Shown: positions 12,409 to 24,350, counted from the first letter of the stretch. The stretch: DNA of 64,000 nt from Selaginella moellendorffii (GCF_000143415.4 NW_003314301.1:1232981-1296980), one strand, 5' to 3'. Notes: generated by a model from the letters alone, not told the origin. Numbers and translations are program-made.

Positions 12409-13554
12409 TGTAGTGCACGTGGTTTTGACCCTTTATCCTATGGTGATTTACCACAGGATAACACCACGAAGCGGAACCTAAACCCTCTTTGTGCCACGTG
12501 ACAGATGCCACGTGTCACATGCCACGTGTCCATGCTACGTGTCCATAGGAACCCGAGGTTCAGGGCCTTGGGCCACTGAACAAAGGAACGGTGCCAAACT
12601 CCCAAGCGTGGAGCCAAGGAGTGACAGAACCGAACCACGGAGCAACTCCCGAGCATACAGCCCAAGGAGCGAAGGGACAGGAGCTCAGAGCGACTTGGAA
12701 CAGTCCTAGAGTAACCAGCATCCCAATGCTAGGACCAGCACGCAAAACGGAGCCAAACGGAGTCTGGCGCTATTTCAGCATACCGGTGGCCTAACGCGAG
12801 GACATGGGTACTCCACCAACTAGCATGGAATGGAACTTGGGCTTAGACCCAAGCCGGACGCAGAACAAGGACAGGCACGCAAGCGGGAGCTAGACTATGC
12901 CTCAGGTTGGTCGGCCATGCCCGACCTACCCACTATCCCTACTATACATTTGGAACCCCCCATAGCCCCCCCCCCTTGAGGACACACGCTTTGGGCTTTC
13001 ACCCCAAGCCTCCCTTAGTATCAGGAGTTAGTCTCTGGGACAAGCTTGAAACTTACTAAATATGGAATGGTGCTAGATTGCGAATTTGGACACGGGACGA
13101 ACACCATTGTGTTCAGGCTGATCTCTACATTCCATAGATATGCCAAATGAGCAAATCTGGACACTTTCCATAAATAGCATTTGGGACCGAAATGAGACTA
13201 ACACAAAGGGCATGATAGCGAGGGTGTTTGGCAGACACGGTAAGCTATCATGGAGCGATATTGAGGGACCAATCTCAATACGCGAGGGTTCTTGTCAAGC
13301 CAGTGCAAGACAGAGCAAAAGAGAACTAACAAGCCGGGCCAAGTATGCTCAGCTAAATAGACACTTAGGAATTCCTTCCTTATGCTCATCCGGCCAAATA
13401 CAGATGCAAAGTCCAGTTTACTAACACTTGAACAAGAGGGGCTGATAAAGGGAACCAGCAATACCGACCTCCTGCCATCATGGCAGTAAGGTAAGAGTGT
13501 CCGTAAGGACTAGCTGACAGGTAACTTTCGATACCCGAAGTCACATTCGCGACA
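12409..13554 (-). repeat. 3' LTR (1146 bp)
   Basis: Adjacent to the polypurine tract; direct repeat of 18443-19577. Confidence 0.95.
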
Positions 13555-16500
13555 CTCTCCCCCCCTAGGGAAGATCGACGTCCTCGTTGATGCACACTCG
13601 AGTCTAGAATACCGCCAAGGAAACAACTCTAGAAAAAGTTCACGGTATTCACACTATGTGAGAAATGCACCAACTTAAATGAGTTAAGGAGCAACCTCTT
13701 TGTCTAACGCGGATGCGCTACCAGCTCAGACACCTTCCGGCCGTCGCCGACAAGGAAATGACCAACAAAGTTAACCACCCTTGTTGCTCTGGGAGTCACC
13801 CAGCTACAAAAGAGTGATATGCCCCTGCCCGCAGAGACATAGAGAGAGAAGCCAGAGGCCCCAACCCTCCTAAGCAAAAAAACCAAACCCGTCGGTAAGG
13901 TTTAGATAGACTACTGTAAACAGGTAGTTAGAGTTGTTTACACGGTCACGCCCTTTCAACGGAATAAGGAACATCGACAGAGAGGCGGGTTATGTGACCA
14001 GTCGGCAGTAGCTACCCCATGACTAGAGATTTCACCATGCACATGAAGTGCCGAAGCCAGTCTGCCCATTACTGGCCCAAACTCAAAGATCAATAGATGG
14101 ACAATATCAAAGTCATAGACAATGATATCTTAGAGTCTTAATTATCAATAAAGATATCTTAGATGAGAACACAAAAGTATTCCAAGTAAGTTATCATCTG
14201 ATAAACTAGTATTATAGGATAGGAACCACCAAGATCATCATTTTTGGTAAACACAGGATTCACCATCCAACAAAATTCAATAGACAGTATATCATCAAGG
14301 AAACTTAATGATGAAACTTAACTACTAAAGATGGTAGATAGTATACCAAACAACTTACCAAAAACAACTCAAAGAACACAAAGTATGATGTATCACCCAA
14401 AGGAAATAACATCCCAATCTATTAGAACTAGCTCAAGCAACAATCAACACAATAGAATGAATGTGGTAAGACCAACAAACACCCATTCATGCCAACTATC
14501 ATACTAGCCAATCTAAATAGATCCCAGTCAACAATACAAAGGAACCAGAGTTGCTTAAGCAAGTGTCAGCAACATCCTATTGATATCTCAAACCCAGCAG
14601 ACCAATCCAAGGCAAACCACAAGGAACATATGGTATTGCGAAAAGCCATAAGCCACCAAGGAGAACAACTAACCATCATGAAAGATCACCAATCATCCCA
14701 TCAACAAAGAGATGCATAATCATCGTCGAAGAAAGAATTTACCATCCCGAAGAACAGAAAATCATTCTTGATCAACAATAATCAAGCAAAACCTTTGTGA
14801 CAAGGATAATCAACTATCCTAGATGATAGTCAATCATCACCAATGATTGCCAAATGCAAAAGCCAACTTCAACATTGAAGCTAATGAGCCAAAATGCCTT
14901 CCCCATCAGCTTCTAACAAATGGAACAATGAGCACGAAAGCTCAAGGAACCAAAAGCTCAAAGCAGCCTATAGCCAAGTCTTGCCAACATGATCACAAGT
15001 CTTGCATGAACTAATTTCGATGCTAAAGCTAATGAAGAGCATGTCTGTAGCAATCCAAAAGCTAAGCATAACGAAGCTATGCTCGATAAGTGATCACCAA
15101 ACCGATCCTCCATGAATCCATCTATAGCAAGACGTAACTCACTTCATAACAAGCACAAGAAGAATCATCAATGATCGATATATTCCAACTCAAACCCAAG
15201 AAGGATTCAAACATTCAAATATCGATCACTAACTCTCCCACTTGTAGTGTTAGCATAGTTCACGACTGAATCACTTTTCAAGGAAAAGCCAAAGCTTAAC
15301 CCCTACTAAATAATCTCGTTTAGAACACAACTAACTCAAACTTGCCACTCAGCTCGTTTGAATGCTAATATAATTGCTAACTAGCAAATGCACCAATGCC
15401 AATAACACAAGCCATAGCCAAATCATCAACACTATCTTCATCAAGACAAATGAAACTCGATATCAATCTTGCGGAGAGACATTTCATTTCACTGAAATCT
15501 CAACATCAACAATGTCAACGACAAGGCATCACTTCAATGCCATCAGCACTAGAACAAAGCTAGAAGAAAGCACAAGTGTATGACCACTCAAAGCTCTCTA
15601 GCAACTAAGCTAACCAAGGTCAAAGATACTATACTTAGTATCCAAGACCAATCCTTCAACATTACTCAGGTATAGATAACACTTCTTCAAGGAGTGAATC
15701 ACCACATCCAAGACTCCATGAAATCCAACACTATGAACTAAATGCAACCAAATGATATAAACAGAGGTAGAGTCAACATACCAACATGGAAAACCACATA
15801 AGTCTAATGACACGATCCTCCGCAACGCCATCCGGTAAAGCAAGCCCATCACTGATAAATCTTCATCGAGTGAAGCAAGTGTCAACAGTCCTTAACAAAG
15901 TCTACAAGCAATCACTAGTCGCAAAGCAACCAACAATCACTCTTCAACTTGCCTTCACAAGACCTAACACTAAACTCATGTCATCGAGTCATATACTTGT
16001 CCAACATGAACATAATACCCCAAGTATGAGATAAAGGTTCATAGACAAGCACAAACTAAATGACCACTCGAATCCAACTCAACCGCGATAAGCTCACCAA
16101 CACATTTAGTCAATAGCTCTGAGCATGCCTTAAAGAGGCTAGCTATGCATGATCAACACTCAGTTGAAACTAAAGTGAAGACCATAAGAAGGATTCATAT
16201 CGGTACACAACCTTCTCATAGACAAAGCTATAGTACGGGTACTAACATCTCAACCTCAAACAACTAAGTTGAACATCACCATCCTCAGCCAAGGTGCAGG
16301 GCCACCAAGACCAAGTCAAGATCAGTAAGAGCTCACTACTCTTATAGAGTCTAAACGAAATGTAAGGTGCAACCTGCCACCAAACATAACACTACAAAAG
16401 AAAGGCACAAGGGTCACCCTTCTTAGAAAAGCGCAACGGCCACTTTTCTATACCAACTCTAGACTCTATCCAACTCAATTGCCTTAGCCCCAAAAGCTAG

Positions 16501-18442
16501 CATCCCTTTCGGGTCGCATCATACAAACTACCTACTAAGGTCTAAGCTAACCTAAGTCAACTCCAACCCCTTCACTAGTTTGTATCGGCTTATGAAAACG
16601 GAATGGTTTTCGGACAAAGTGATCAACAGATCAGCCATCGGAAAAGCCTAAGAAAATTTGTGGAAAATTTTCCATCCTAGAGAAAGAATGACTCTCAGTC
16701 TAGGAATACAAGCTTTCAAGACTCAACCAACTTCCTCCTACTAACAACTTCACATAAGTTCACCTCAACACAAATTCTTATGACCCATAGTATGCTTAAG
16801 CATCGAACATCTTTTTGCCCATACTTCCGACATCCAACACCGATATCCGCAAAATGCAAAATGAACATCTATTGTTTGATCACGAAGACCACATCTTCAG
16901 ATATCCATATTGCACTAACACTCTTCTTCAACCATTTCAGGATCCAATGTGAAGCCAAAACACTAACAAGAAAAATGACATGGAAAATCAAGCTCTAAGG
17001 AAAATTCCTCATCACTCAAACAACAATGCCACTTCCACTAACACAAGTGCTAGTGATATCAATGCCTCAACTACACACTTTCTCCATCTGGCAATCTACT
17101 CCAAGTGCTAACGGTTCTACTGACAAGCTATAGCAAATGAATGCTACAACCATTTTCCAACACCTTATGGGCAAACCCTCAAGGAACAAGAAACCAACTT
17201 AAGCTTAGCATAATGGACCACCATTGAGAATCCAGTCAAAGCTACTACAATGCTACTACATGTAAGTAGACTAGCTTCACCATCAACCACTTTGGGGTTG
17301 ATCATCGTTTAACCAAGCAACTTCGTAAACACATTGCTCATTATCACATGGATATGATATAGAAATCACAATGACTTGATCATCAATTGAGCATCACCAC
17401 GAGCAATGCCAGTGTCATTACTTCAAAGGTTTATGTGAGTATCAAGTGCCAACTCAATTCGACAAAATGCAACATAAATGCCACACTCCACCAATAGAGG
17501 TTTACAACACCCAACATCACTAACTTTTGTTCACAACACGGACAAGCTTATGCCACTCTCTTTCCGACCAAACTCAAAACTAGTCCAACACCAAGCTACT
17601 CAAGGAGCAATAGCAAGTTTCCCCGGAAAAGAATTGAGCATTGCAACCCAAGTCTTCCAATAGCAAGCCTAGACAAAATGGCATAGCGCTTCACCGCTAT
17701 CCATCCCATGACTCACCACTTGTAAGACCATCATTTCCAACATGTATCAAGGTAGGGACTCTTGATTATATAATGTGAACACGAGCAATGAGTCACACCT
17801 CGTTGCAAATCATCTCTCCAAGAAGAGAATATGATTTACGTGTTTGATCCTTCGTCCCTGATGACTCTCTTTTCGGTTTCATCTTTGACTAAACCTCAAG
17901 CTTGCTTTCGCACTGCTTTCAGTCCAATCCAAGAAAAGTTCATAAGAGAGCACGGCAATGATTACTTGAATCAATAGACTTATCCCTACAGTCTTGATTG
18001 ATCCACTTGTAATCATGCCTAAGAAGGATCCACTAGTACCGTGCTAAACAGCTATGGACCAGCCTATTTGCAACTCAAAGCAAACCCAGGGAAGGTTTTC
18101 TTTTATCCATGGTACAAGGAACAACTCATGGAACCACCGATATGCTAACATTAATCCTGCCAACTCAAAGTGTAACCTTGAGTTCCTAATGTGCCTCACT
18201 CACAAGTCCAAGCTCAAACTCGTGCGAACGGAACAACTCAATCCCTCTTGTGAGCCCAAGCTCAAGCTCACAAAATATGGTACAACAAGGTAACCGAATC
18301 CATACCCAAGGAACGAATGCGAAGCCTTTGCACCCAAACATGTACCCACTCGGATCATTGTTTTCATCTCTGCGTATGCAACGAGACTAGTTGCCCAATC
18401 TCATTGAATAGTACTCGCTGAGATTCATCCTCTGATACCAAA

Positions 18443-19577
18443 TGTAGCGCACGTGGTTTTGACCCTTTATCCTATGGTGATTTACCACAGGATAACACCA
18501 CGAAGCGGAACCTAAACCCTCTTTGTGCCACGTGACAGATGCCACGTGTCCATGCTACGTGTCCATAGGAACCCGAGGTTCAGGGCCTTGGGCCACTGAA
18601 CAAAGGAACGGTGCCAAACTCCCAAGCGTGGAGCCAAGGAGTGACGGAACCGAACCACGGAGCAACTCCCGAGCATACAGCCCAAGGAGCGAAGGGACAG
18701 GAGCTCGGAGCGACTTGGAACAGTCCTAGAGTAACCAGCATCCCAATGCTAGGACCAGCACGTAAAACGGAGCCAAACGGAGTCTGGCGCTATTTCAGCA
18801 TACCGGTGGCCTAACGCGAGGACATGGGTACTCCACCAACTAGCATGGAATGGAACTTGGGCTTAGACCCAAGCCGGACGCAGAACAAGGACAGGCACGC
18901 AAGCGGGAGCTAGACTATGCCTCAGGTTGGTCGGCCATGCCCGACCTACCCACTATCCCTACTATACATTTGGAACCCCCCATAGCCCCCCCCCCCCCTT
19001 GAGGACACACGCTTTGGGCTTTCACCCCAAGCCTCCCTTAGTATCAGGAGTTAGTCTCTGGGACAAGCTCGAAACTTATTAAATATGGAATGGCGCTAGA
19101 TTGCGAATTTGGACACGGGACGAACACCATTGTGTTCAGGCTGATCTCTACATTCCATAGATATGCCAAATGAGCAAATCTGGACACTTTCCATAAATAG
19201 CATTTGGGACCGAAATGAGACTAACACAAAGGGCATGATAGCGAGGGTGTTTGGCAGACACGGTAAGCTATCATGGAGCGATATTGAGGGACCAATCTCA
19301 ATACGCGAGGGTTCTTGTCAAGCTAGTGCAAGACAGAGCAAAAGAGAACTAACAAGCCAAGCCAAGTATGCTCATCTAAATAGACACTTAGGAATTCCTT
19401 CCTTATGCTCATCCGACCAAGTACAGATGCAAAGTCCAGTTTACTAACACTTGAACAAGAGGGGCTGATAAAGGGAACCAGCAATACCGACCTCCTGCCA
19501 TCATGGCAGTAAGGTAAGAGTGTCCGTAAGGACTAGCCGACAGGTAACTTTCGATACCCGAAGTCACATTCGCGACA
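18443..19577 (-). repeat. 5' LTR (1135 bp)
   Basis: Adjacent to the PBS; direct repeat of 12409-13554. Confidence 0.95.
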
Positions 19578-20667
19578 ATTGTGGGCCGAGGAACAAGAAG
19601 CCGGATTCAGCATTCAATCCAGTACAGGTCTGCAAAGGAATGGTCGTGCTTGTCAGACCCAGTAATAAAAAACAAATGATATGGGTGGGGCGCTGCATCA
19701 CTGATGCAGAGGAGGACGCGGAAACTAACTCCTTCAATGTAACTGTGGAGTGGTTCAAGCCAAGTTCCGGATATACGAAGGATTGCCTAGAAAAGAGATG
19801 GGTGCTGAATCCAAGGGATCCCAGCATGAGCATATCGGTGGATAATGTTGTGCATGGTTGGATGCGGAAGCAGAGTGCCACCATCACCTTGCCAGACCAT
19901 GCAAGAGATGCAGCAAGAGCATTCATAACCCGGGTTCAAGGTGAGATTCATTAATATTCCTTTACTAAGTTTATAATGTATTTTATTTCAAGGTGAACAA
20001 TCCGAATCTGAATCAGAGGAGGCGTGATGGCATGTGGCCTTACGTCATTCCTAGGTGAGATGATACAAATAACAAGTATAAATTCTTAGTTGTTCTAGCA
20101 AATCTTACTTAAAGTTCAAGGTGAACAAGCCGAATATGAATTCATCGGATTGTTATAACAAATTGCGAGGTGATGGCATGAGGCGATACACCATTTGAGA
20201 GTGGTAGCCATTCCTATATGAGGTGAGTGAAATATTTATTAGAAATACCTCATTCAATTGTGCACTTCTAAGTCTTGGTCCACTCAGTACTGTTTGCATG
20301 TTTCTATTTTAATTCTTTCTCTAAAATGTTATTTAGCATGTGGCTTCATGCCATTGCTCTCCACAATCATGCATTGAATTTTTCTATCCTTGCATAATAC
20401 TTCTCCATATATATAGCATGTGCGCACATGTGATATGGTTCATTAGGCCTGATATAGTGTGTGATGTAAAACAAAGATGATGTGACATATGCATTTACCA
20501 ATCACACGTGCATAAATCTAATAATATGGCGTGTGGCCCATATTAATGGCACATAAACCCATATTGTGGGCTTACGTGCTTTATGTACCATCATTCCCTT
20601 GCAGCGTGTGTGTTGGTTTCCTTTTATAACACAACGAACTCCATATTTTAGGGTGAAGAGCGTTCTC

Positions 20668-20925
20668 ATGGCAAGCACAAAATCTGTAAGTGAGGCAGAA
20701 AAGGAGACGAAGAAGGAGATAGGTGAAGATGTAGAATATATAAGTCTTCCAAACTCCCCGTACTATACTCCAGGTGATCATTTTTCTGAACAAACGGCAA
20801 CATTAACAACTATCGAGAACGCCCCAGTAACGTCAGAGACAACAATCCAAAGCAAAACAACTGACCCGGAGAAGGATGATAGTACTGCTGAGAGTACCAA
20901 AAAGGAGGTGTCCACTAGCGCTTAG
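20668..20925 (+). CDS. Possible small acidic Ser/Thr-rich ORF (85 aa) in the right arm of the transposon
   Basis: ATG-initiated ORF with protein-like composition, followed by a palindrome copy at 20933; no recognisable domain. Confidence 0.25.
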   Translation: MASTKSVSEAEKETKKEIGEDVEYISLPNSPYYTPGDHFSEQTATLTTIENAPVTSETTIQSKTTDPEKDDSTAESTKKEVSTSA

Positions 20926-21562
20926 GCTTATAATGGCATGTGCCCTCATGCCATTTACTTGATCACCAAATACCTTTTTCCCTTTGCACTAGTATATCTT
21001 AATACCGGTCTGAGAAATAGAATGGCATGTGCCCTCAGGCCTTTTACTAAATCACCTTTGAAAGAAATGCAAGCCTCTATGTCGTAAAAAAAAGGTACTA
21101 GAGAAATTCCTTAATAATATAAATGTTATTTAGTTTCATGAAAATACACTAAGGGTCAAATGAGTTAAATGACTTCTCCAGACTAGCAATGCCTCTTGCT
21201 ACACCTTCACAATTAGATTCGTTAGAAAAAGATAACATTGAATAATATCTAAATGTTCTCACCATTAAGTTATATGTCTGGCTAATAGAAATGACGTTCA
21301 TCTTGGAAAGCTCACCACACGCTCAATGAAAAAATAAATAGTGTGTGCGCGCATGCCATCGCTCTTCTTTAGCTTCAGATTCGGCTTGTTCACCTTGACA
21401 ATGAGATTTATTATACAACCAGATGGACTCAGTCTGGACACAAAGTCACTGCGCTAGTCACCATGCCCCAGATTATGTCTAGCCCCTAGACAAAAAACAT
21501 ATAATTTCACGTCATTTTCAAATACTTGAAAATTTGTACCTAGTCCCATTTTACTGAATAAA

Positions 21563-21586
21563 TCCCACTTTAACGAAATAGAGCTT
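21563..21586 (-). repeat. Right terminal inverted repeat
   Basis: TCCCACTTTAACGAAATAGAGCTT followed by TSD TAAT. Confidence 0.9.
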
Positions 21587-21940
21587 TAATCAAGTCATTG
21601 TGATATTTATATCATCTCCATGTGATAATAAACAATGTGTTTACAAAGTTGTTTGGTCAAACGATGATCGACCCCAAAGTGGTTGATAATGAAGCTAATT
21701 TACTTGCACATAGTAACATTGTAGTAGCTTTATTCTCAATGGTGATCTATTATGCTAAACTTAAATTGATATTTAGTTTCTTTGAGGGTTTGCTCATTAG
21801 GTGTTGAAAAGGGTTATAACTTTATTGTTTATTGGTTTATCTATTAGCATTTGGAGTAGATTGTTGGATGGAGAAGGTATAAAGTTGAGGCATTAACATT
21901 GCTAGCACTTGTCTTAGTGAAAGTGGCATTATTATGTTGA

Positions 21941-22134
21941 TGTAAACTCCTGAGTTTGGACTTCCCGGGAGGTCATCCAGCCCAATACTATTCAAACCCA
22001 AGGACATTTAACCTTAAATATCCTAAAACCCTTAATTGATTAGAAAAAGGGGTGCACTTTTATTCATGGGCCCTCTCCTTTTATATTTAAACTCCATAGA
22101 TCGTTTTTCGAGTCGTTCTCTTTAATTGCTTACA
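21941..22134 (-). mobile_element. Cassandra-type (5S rRNA-containing TRIM) solo LTR, 194 bp
   Basis: TG...CA ends, TSD GTTGA (21936-21940 and 22135-22139); minus strand contains GGTTAAATGTCCTTGGGTTTGAATAGTATTGGGCTGGATGACCTCCCGGGAAGTCC, similar to the 5S A-box/C-box region. Confidence 0.8.
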
Positions 22135-24104
22135 GTTGAGTGATAAGGAACTTTCCTTAGAGCTTGATTTTCCATGTCATTTTTCTTGTTAGTGTTTTGG
22201 CTTCACATTGGATCTTGAAAAAGAGTGTTAATGCAATGTGGATATCTAAAGATATGGTCTTCGTGATCAAACTTTGAATGTTCATTTTGCATTTTGCAAA
22301 TATCGGTGTTGAATATTGGAAATATGGGCATGATATTCAATGCTTAAGCATGTTATTGGGTCATGAAAATTTATGTTGAGGTGAACCTATGTGAAGTTGT
22401 AGGTAGGAAGAAATTGGTTGAGTTTTGAAAGTTTGTATTCCTAGACTGAGAGTCATTCTTTTTTTAAAATGAAAATTTTTCATAAATTTTTTTAGACTTA
22501 TCCAATAGCTGATTTGTTAATCATTTTACTCAAAAACCATTCTGTTTTTGTAAGCCAATACAAACTAATGAAGGTTTGAGTTGACTTTGGTTAACTTAAA
22601 CCTTAGTAGGTGGTTTGTATAATGCAACCTGAAAAGGATGCTAACTTTTGAGGTTAAAGCAATTGAGTTGAATAGAGTCTTGAGTTGGTGCAGAAAAGTG
22701 GCTATTGCGCTTTTCTAGAAAGATCACTTTTGTGCCTTTCTTCTGTAGTGTTGTGTTTAGTAGTAGGTTGCACTTTGCATTTTGTTAGACTCTATGAGAG
22801 TAGTGAGCTCTCATTGATCCTGATTTAGTTTTGGTAGCCTTGCGCCTTAGTTGAGTATGGTGATGTCCAACTTAGTTGTTTGAGGTTGAGATGTTAGTAC
22901 CTATATTATAGCTTTGTCTATGAGGAAATTATGTACCAATATGAGTCCATCTCATGGTCTTCACTTTAGTTTTGATTAAGTGTTGATCATATAAAGTTGG
23001 CCTCATGCTCAGAGCTGTTGGATAGACGTATAAATGAGTTTATTGTAGTTGAGTTGGATTCGAGTGGTCATTTAGTCTATGTTTGTTCATATACTTGAAG
23101 TGTTACCTTCTTGTTGGACAAATATGCAACTTAATAACATGAGTTTAGTGTTTGAGTCTTGTGAAAGCAAGTTGAAGAGTGATTGTTAGTTGCTTTGCAT
23201 TTAATGGTTGCTTGTAGATTTTGTTAAGGACTTTTGATACTTATTTTGCTCAATGATGATTTAGCAGTGATAGACTTGTTTTATCGGATGGTGTTGCGAA
23301 GGATCATATCGTTAAATTTATATAGGTTTTTCATATTGGCATATCAACTCTACTTTTGTCGATATCATTTAATTGTGTTTAGTCCATGGTGTTGAATTTC
23401 ATTGAGTATTGGACGTGGTGAATCACTCCTTAATGATGTATTATCTATAATTGAGTATGTTGAAGAATTGATCTTAGATACTAACTAAAGTATCTTTAAC
23501 TTTGGTTAGCTTAGTTGCTAAAGAGTTTTTGGTGGTGATTCACTCTTGCTTTCTATTAGCTTTATTATGGTGTTGATGGCATTAAAGTGATGCTTTATCG
23601 TTGACATTATTGATGTCAAGATTTAAGTGAAATGAGATGTCTCTCTATAGGATTGATATTGAGTTTCATTAATCTCAATAGAGATAGTGTTAATGATTTA
23701 GCTGTAGCTTTGTATTATTGGCATTTATGCATTTGTTGGATTAGCAACTATAATGGCGTTCAAATAAACTGAGTAGCAAGTTTGAATTAGTTGTGTTCTA
23801 AACGAGATTATTTAGTAGGGGTTGAGCTTTAGTTTTTCCTTGAAAAGTGATTTATTTGTGGAATATGTATGAAATATAAAATCCCTAAGCCCCAAAGAGG
23901 AGTTAGTAGTGGCCACATAATAGTGGCTGAGGTGAAAGCTAAATGAGCGTAATATGTTTGAACCAAAAGCTCTGACTTGAAAAGCCAAGAGCAAGAGTGG
24001 AACTCCCAACGAAGTGCTTAAGGAACGAGCATGAAGCGAGCAATAAGTGAGTCTCTAAAAAAGGGATACAAGAGGACTAACATATGACACATGGAAGTGT
24101 CCAA

Positions 24105-24350
24105 AATGGACCTGAGATGGAGTACAAGATGGAGTCCGAAATGGACCTAAGATGGAGTCCAAGATAAAGTCCGAGATGGACTTGAGATGGAGTCTGAGAT
24201 GGACCCGAGATAAAGTCCAAAATGGAGTCCGAGATGGATCCGAGATGGAATTTGAGATGGAGTCTGAGATGGAACCAAGATTGAGACCAAGAATGAGACT
24301 GAGACTGAGTCCAAAACCGAGACCGAGATCGAGTGTGAGTGTGAGTCTAA
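24105..24350 (+). repeat. Tandem repeat of about 12-bp units (YGAGATGGAGTC and variants) grading into 6-bp GAGACY units
   Basis: Directly visible periodicity; lies upstream of a PPT and LTR start. Confidence 0.8.

Larger units (their letters stand above)
12409..19577 (-). mobile_element. Intact, young, non-coding LTR retroelement (LARD-like), 7169 bp
   Basis: TG...CA LTRs 12409-13554 and 18443-19577 nearly identical; TSD ATTGT 12404-12408 and 19578-19582; PBS (tRNA-iMet, TGGTATCAGAG on the minus strand) 18430-18440; PPT 13555-13566; no gag/pol ORF in the 4.9-kb interior. Confidence 0.95.
9955..20027 (+). pseudogene. DDD/E transposase, Sola-like (DUF7869-type motifs), disrupted by 3 stops and an LTR insertion
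   Basis: One frame 9955-12408 with stops at 10858, 11563 and 11836; motifs FSKCDKC, CIIHDKMNQKK, LLLQTDNAGSENKN, FLMVGHTHEDVNAMFS; removing the LTR element restores ...DHYCGPRNKKPD... into 19583-19940; probable last exon 19993-20027. Confidence 0.85.
2841..21359. repeat. Dispersed 22-bp palindrome family ATGGCRTG-WGGCCW-CAYGCCAT, about 26 copies
   Basis: Copies start at 3133, 4210, 4285, 5524, 5715, 5856, 7355, 8803, 9478, 9576, 9745, 9781, 9851, 11454, 11511, 20027, 20173, 20333, 20413, 20933, 21022, 21338; weaker copies at 2841, 8875, 9646, 20526. Confidence 0.93.
2747..21586. mobile_element. Large TIR DNA transposon (Sola-like DDD transposase plus a multidomain accessory gene), about 11.7 kb excluding the nested LTR element
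   Basis: TIRs AAGCTCTATTTTGTTAAAGTGGGA (2747-2770) and reverse complement AAGCTCTATTTCGTTAAAGTGGGA (21563-21586); TSD TAAT at 2743-2746 and 21587-21590; empty site can be reconstructed from the intact LTR-element copy near 17370-17390. Confidence 0.92.
1150..23850 (+). mobile_element. Old decayed copy of the non-coding LTR retroelement: partial 5' LTR about 1150-1702, PBS-like TTTAGTATTAGAG, internal region 1703-2746 continuing at 21587-about 23850
   Basis: Reverse-complement similarity to the LTR and internal region of the intact element; the two halves join exactly across the DNA transposon (intact copy reads TCAATTGATGATCAAGTCATTG on its sense strand). Confidence 0.8.

Noticed and set aside
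13140-13424. 94-aa ORF repeated at 19163-19447, and other short LTR ORFs
   Set aside because: Repeated only because the LTRs are duplicated; no domain evidence.
2841-21359. CRISPR-like interpretation of the 22-bp palindromes
   Set aside because: Spacing is highly irregular (tens of bp to kb), the context is eukaryotic and there are no cas genes.
21955-22015. 5S rRNA gene
   Set aside because: Only the internal promoter part is present, inside a TG...CA unit with a 5-bp TSD; better explained as a Cassandra LTR.
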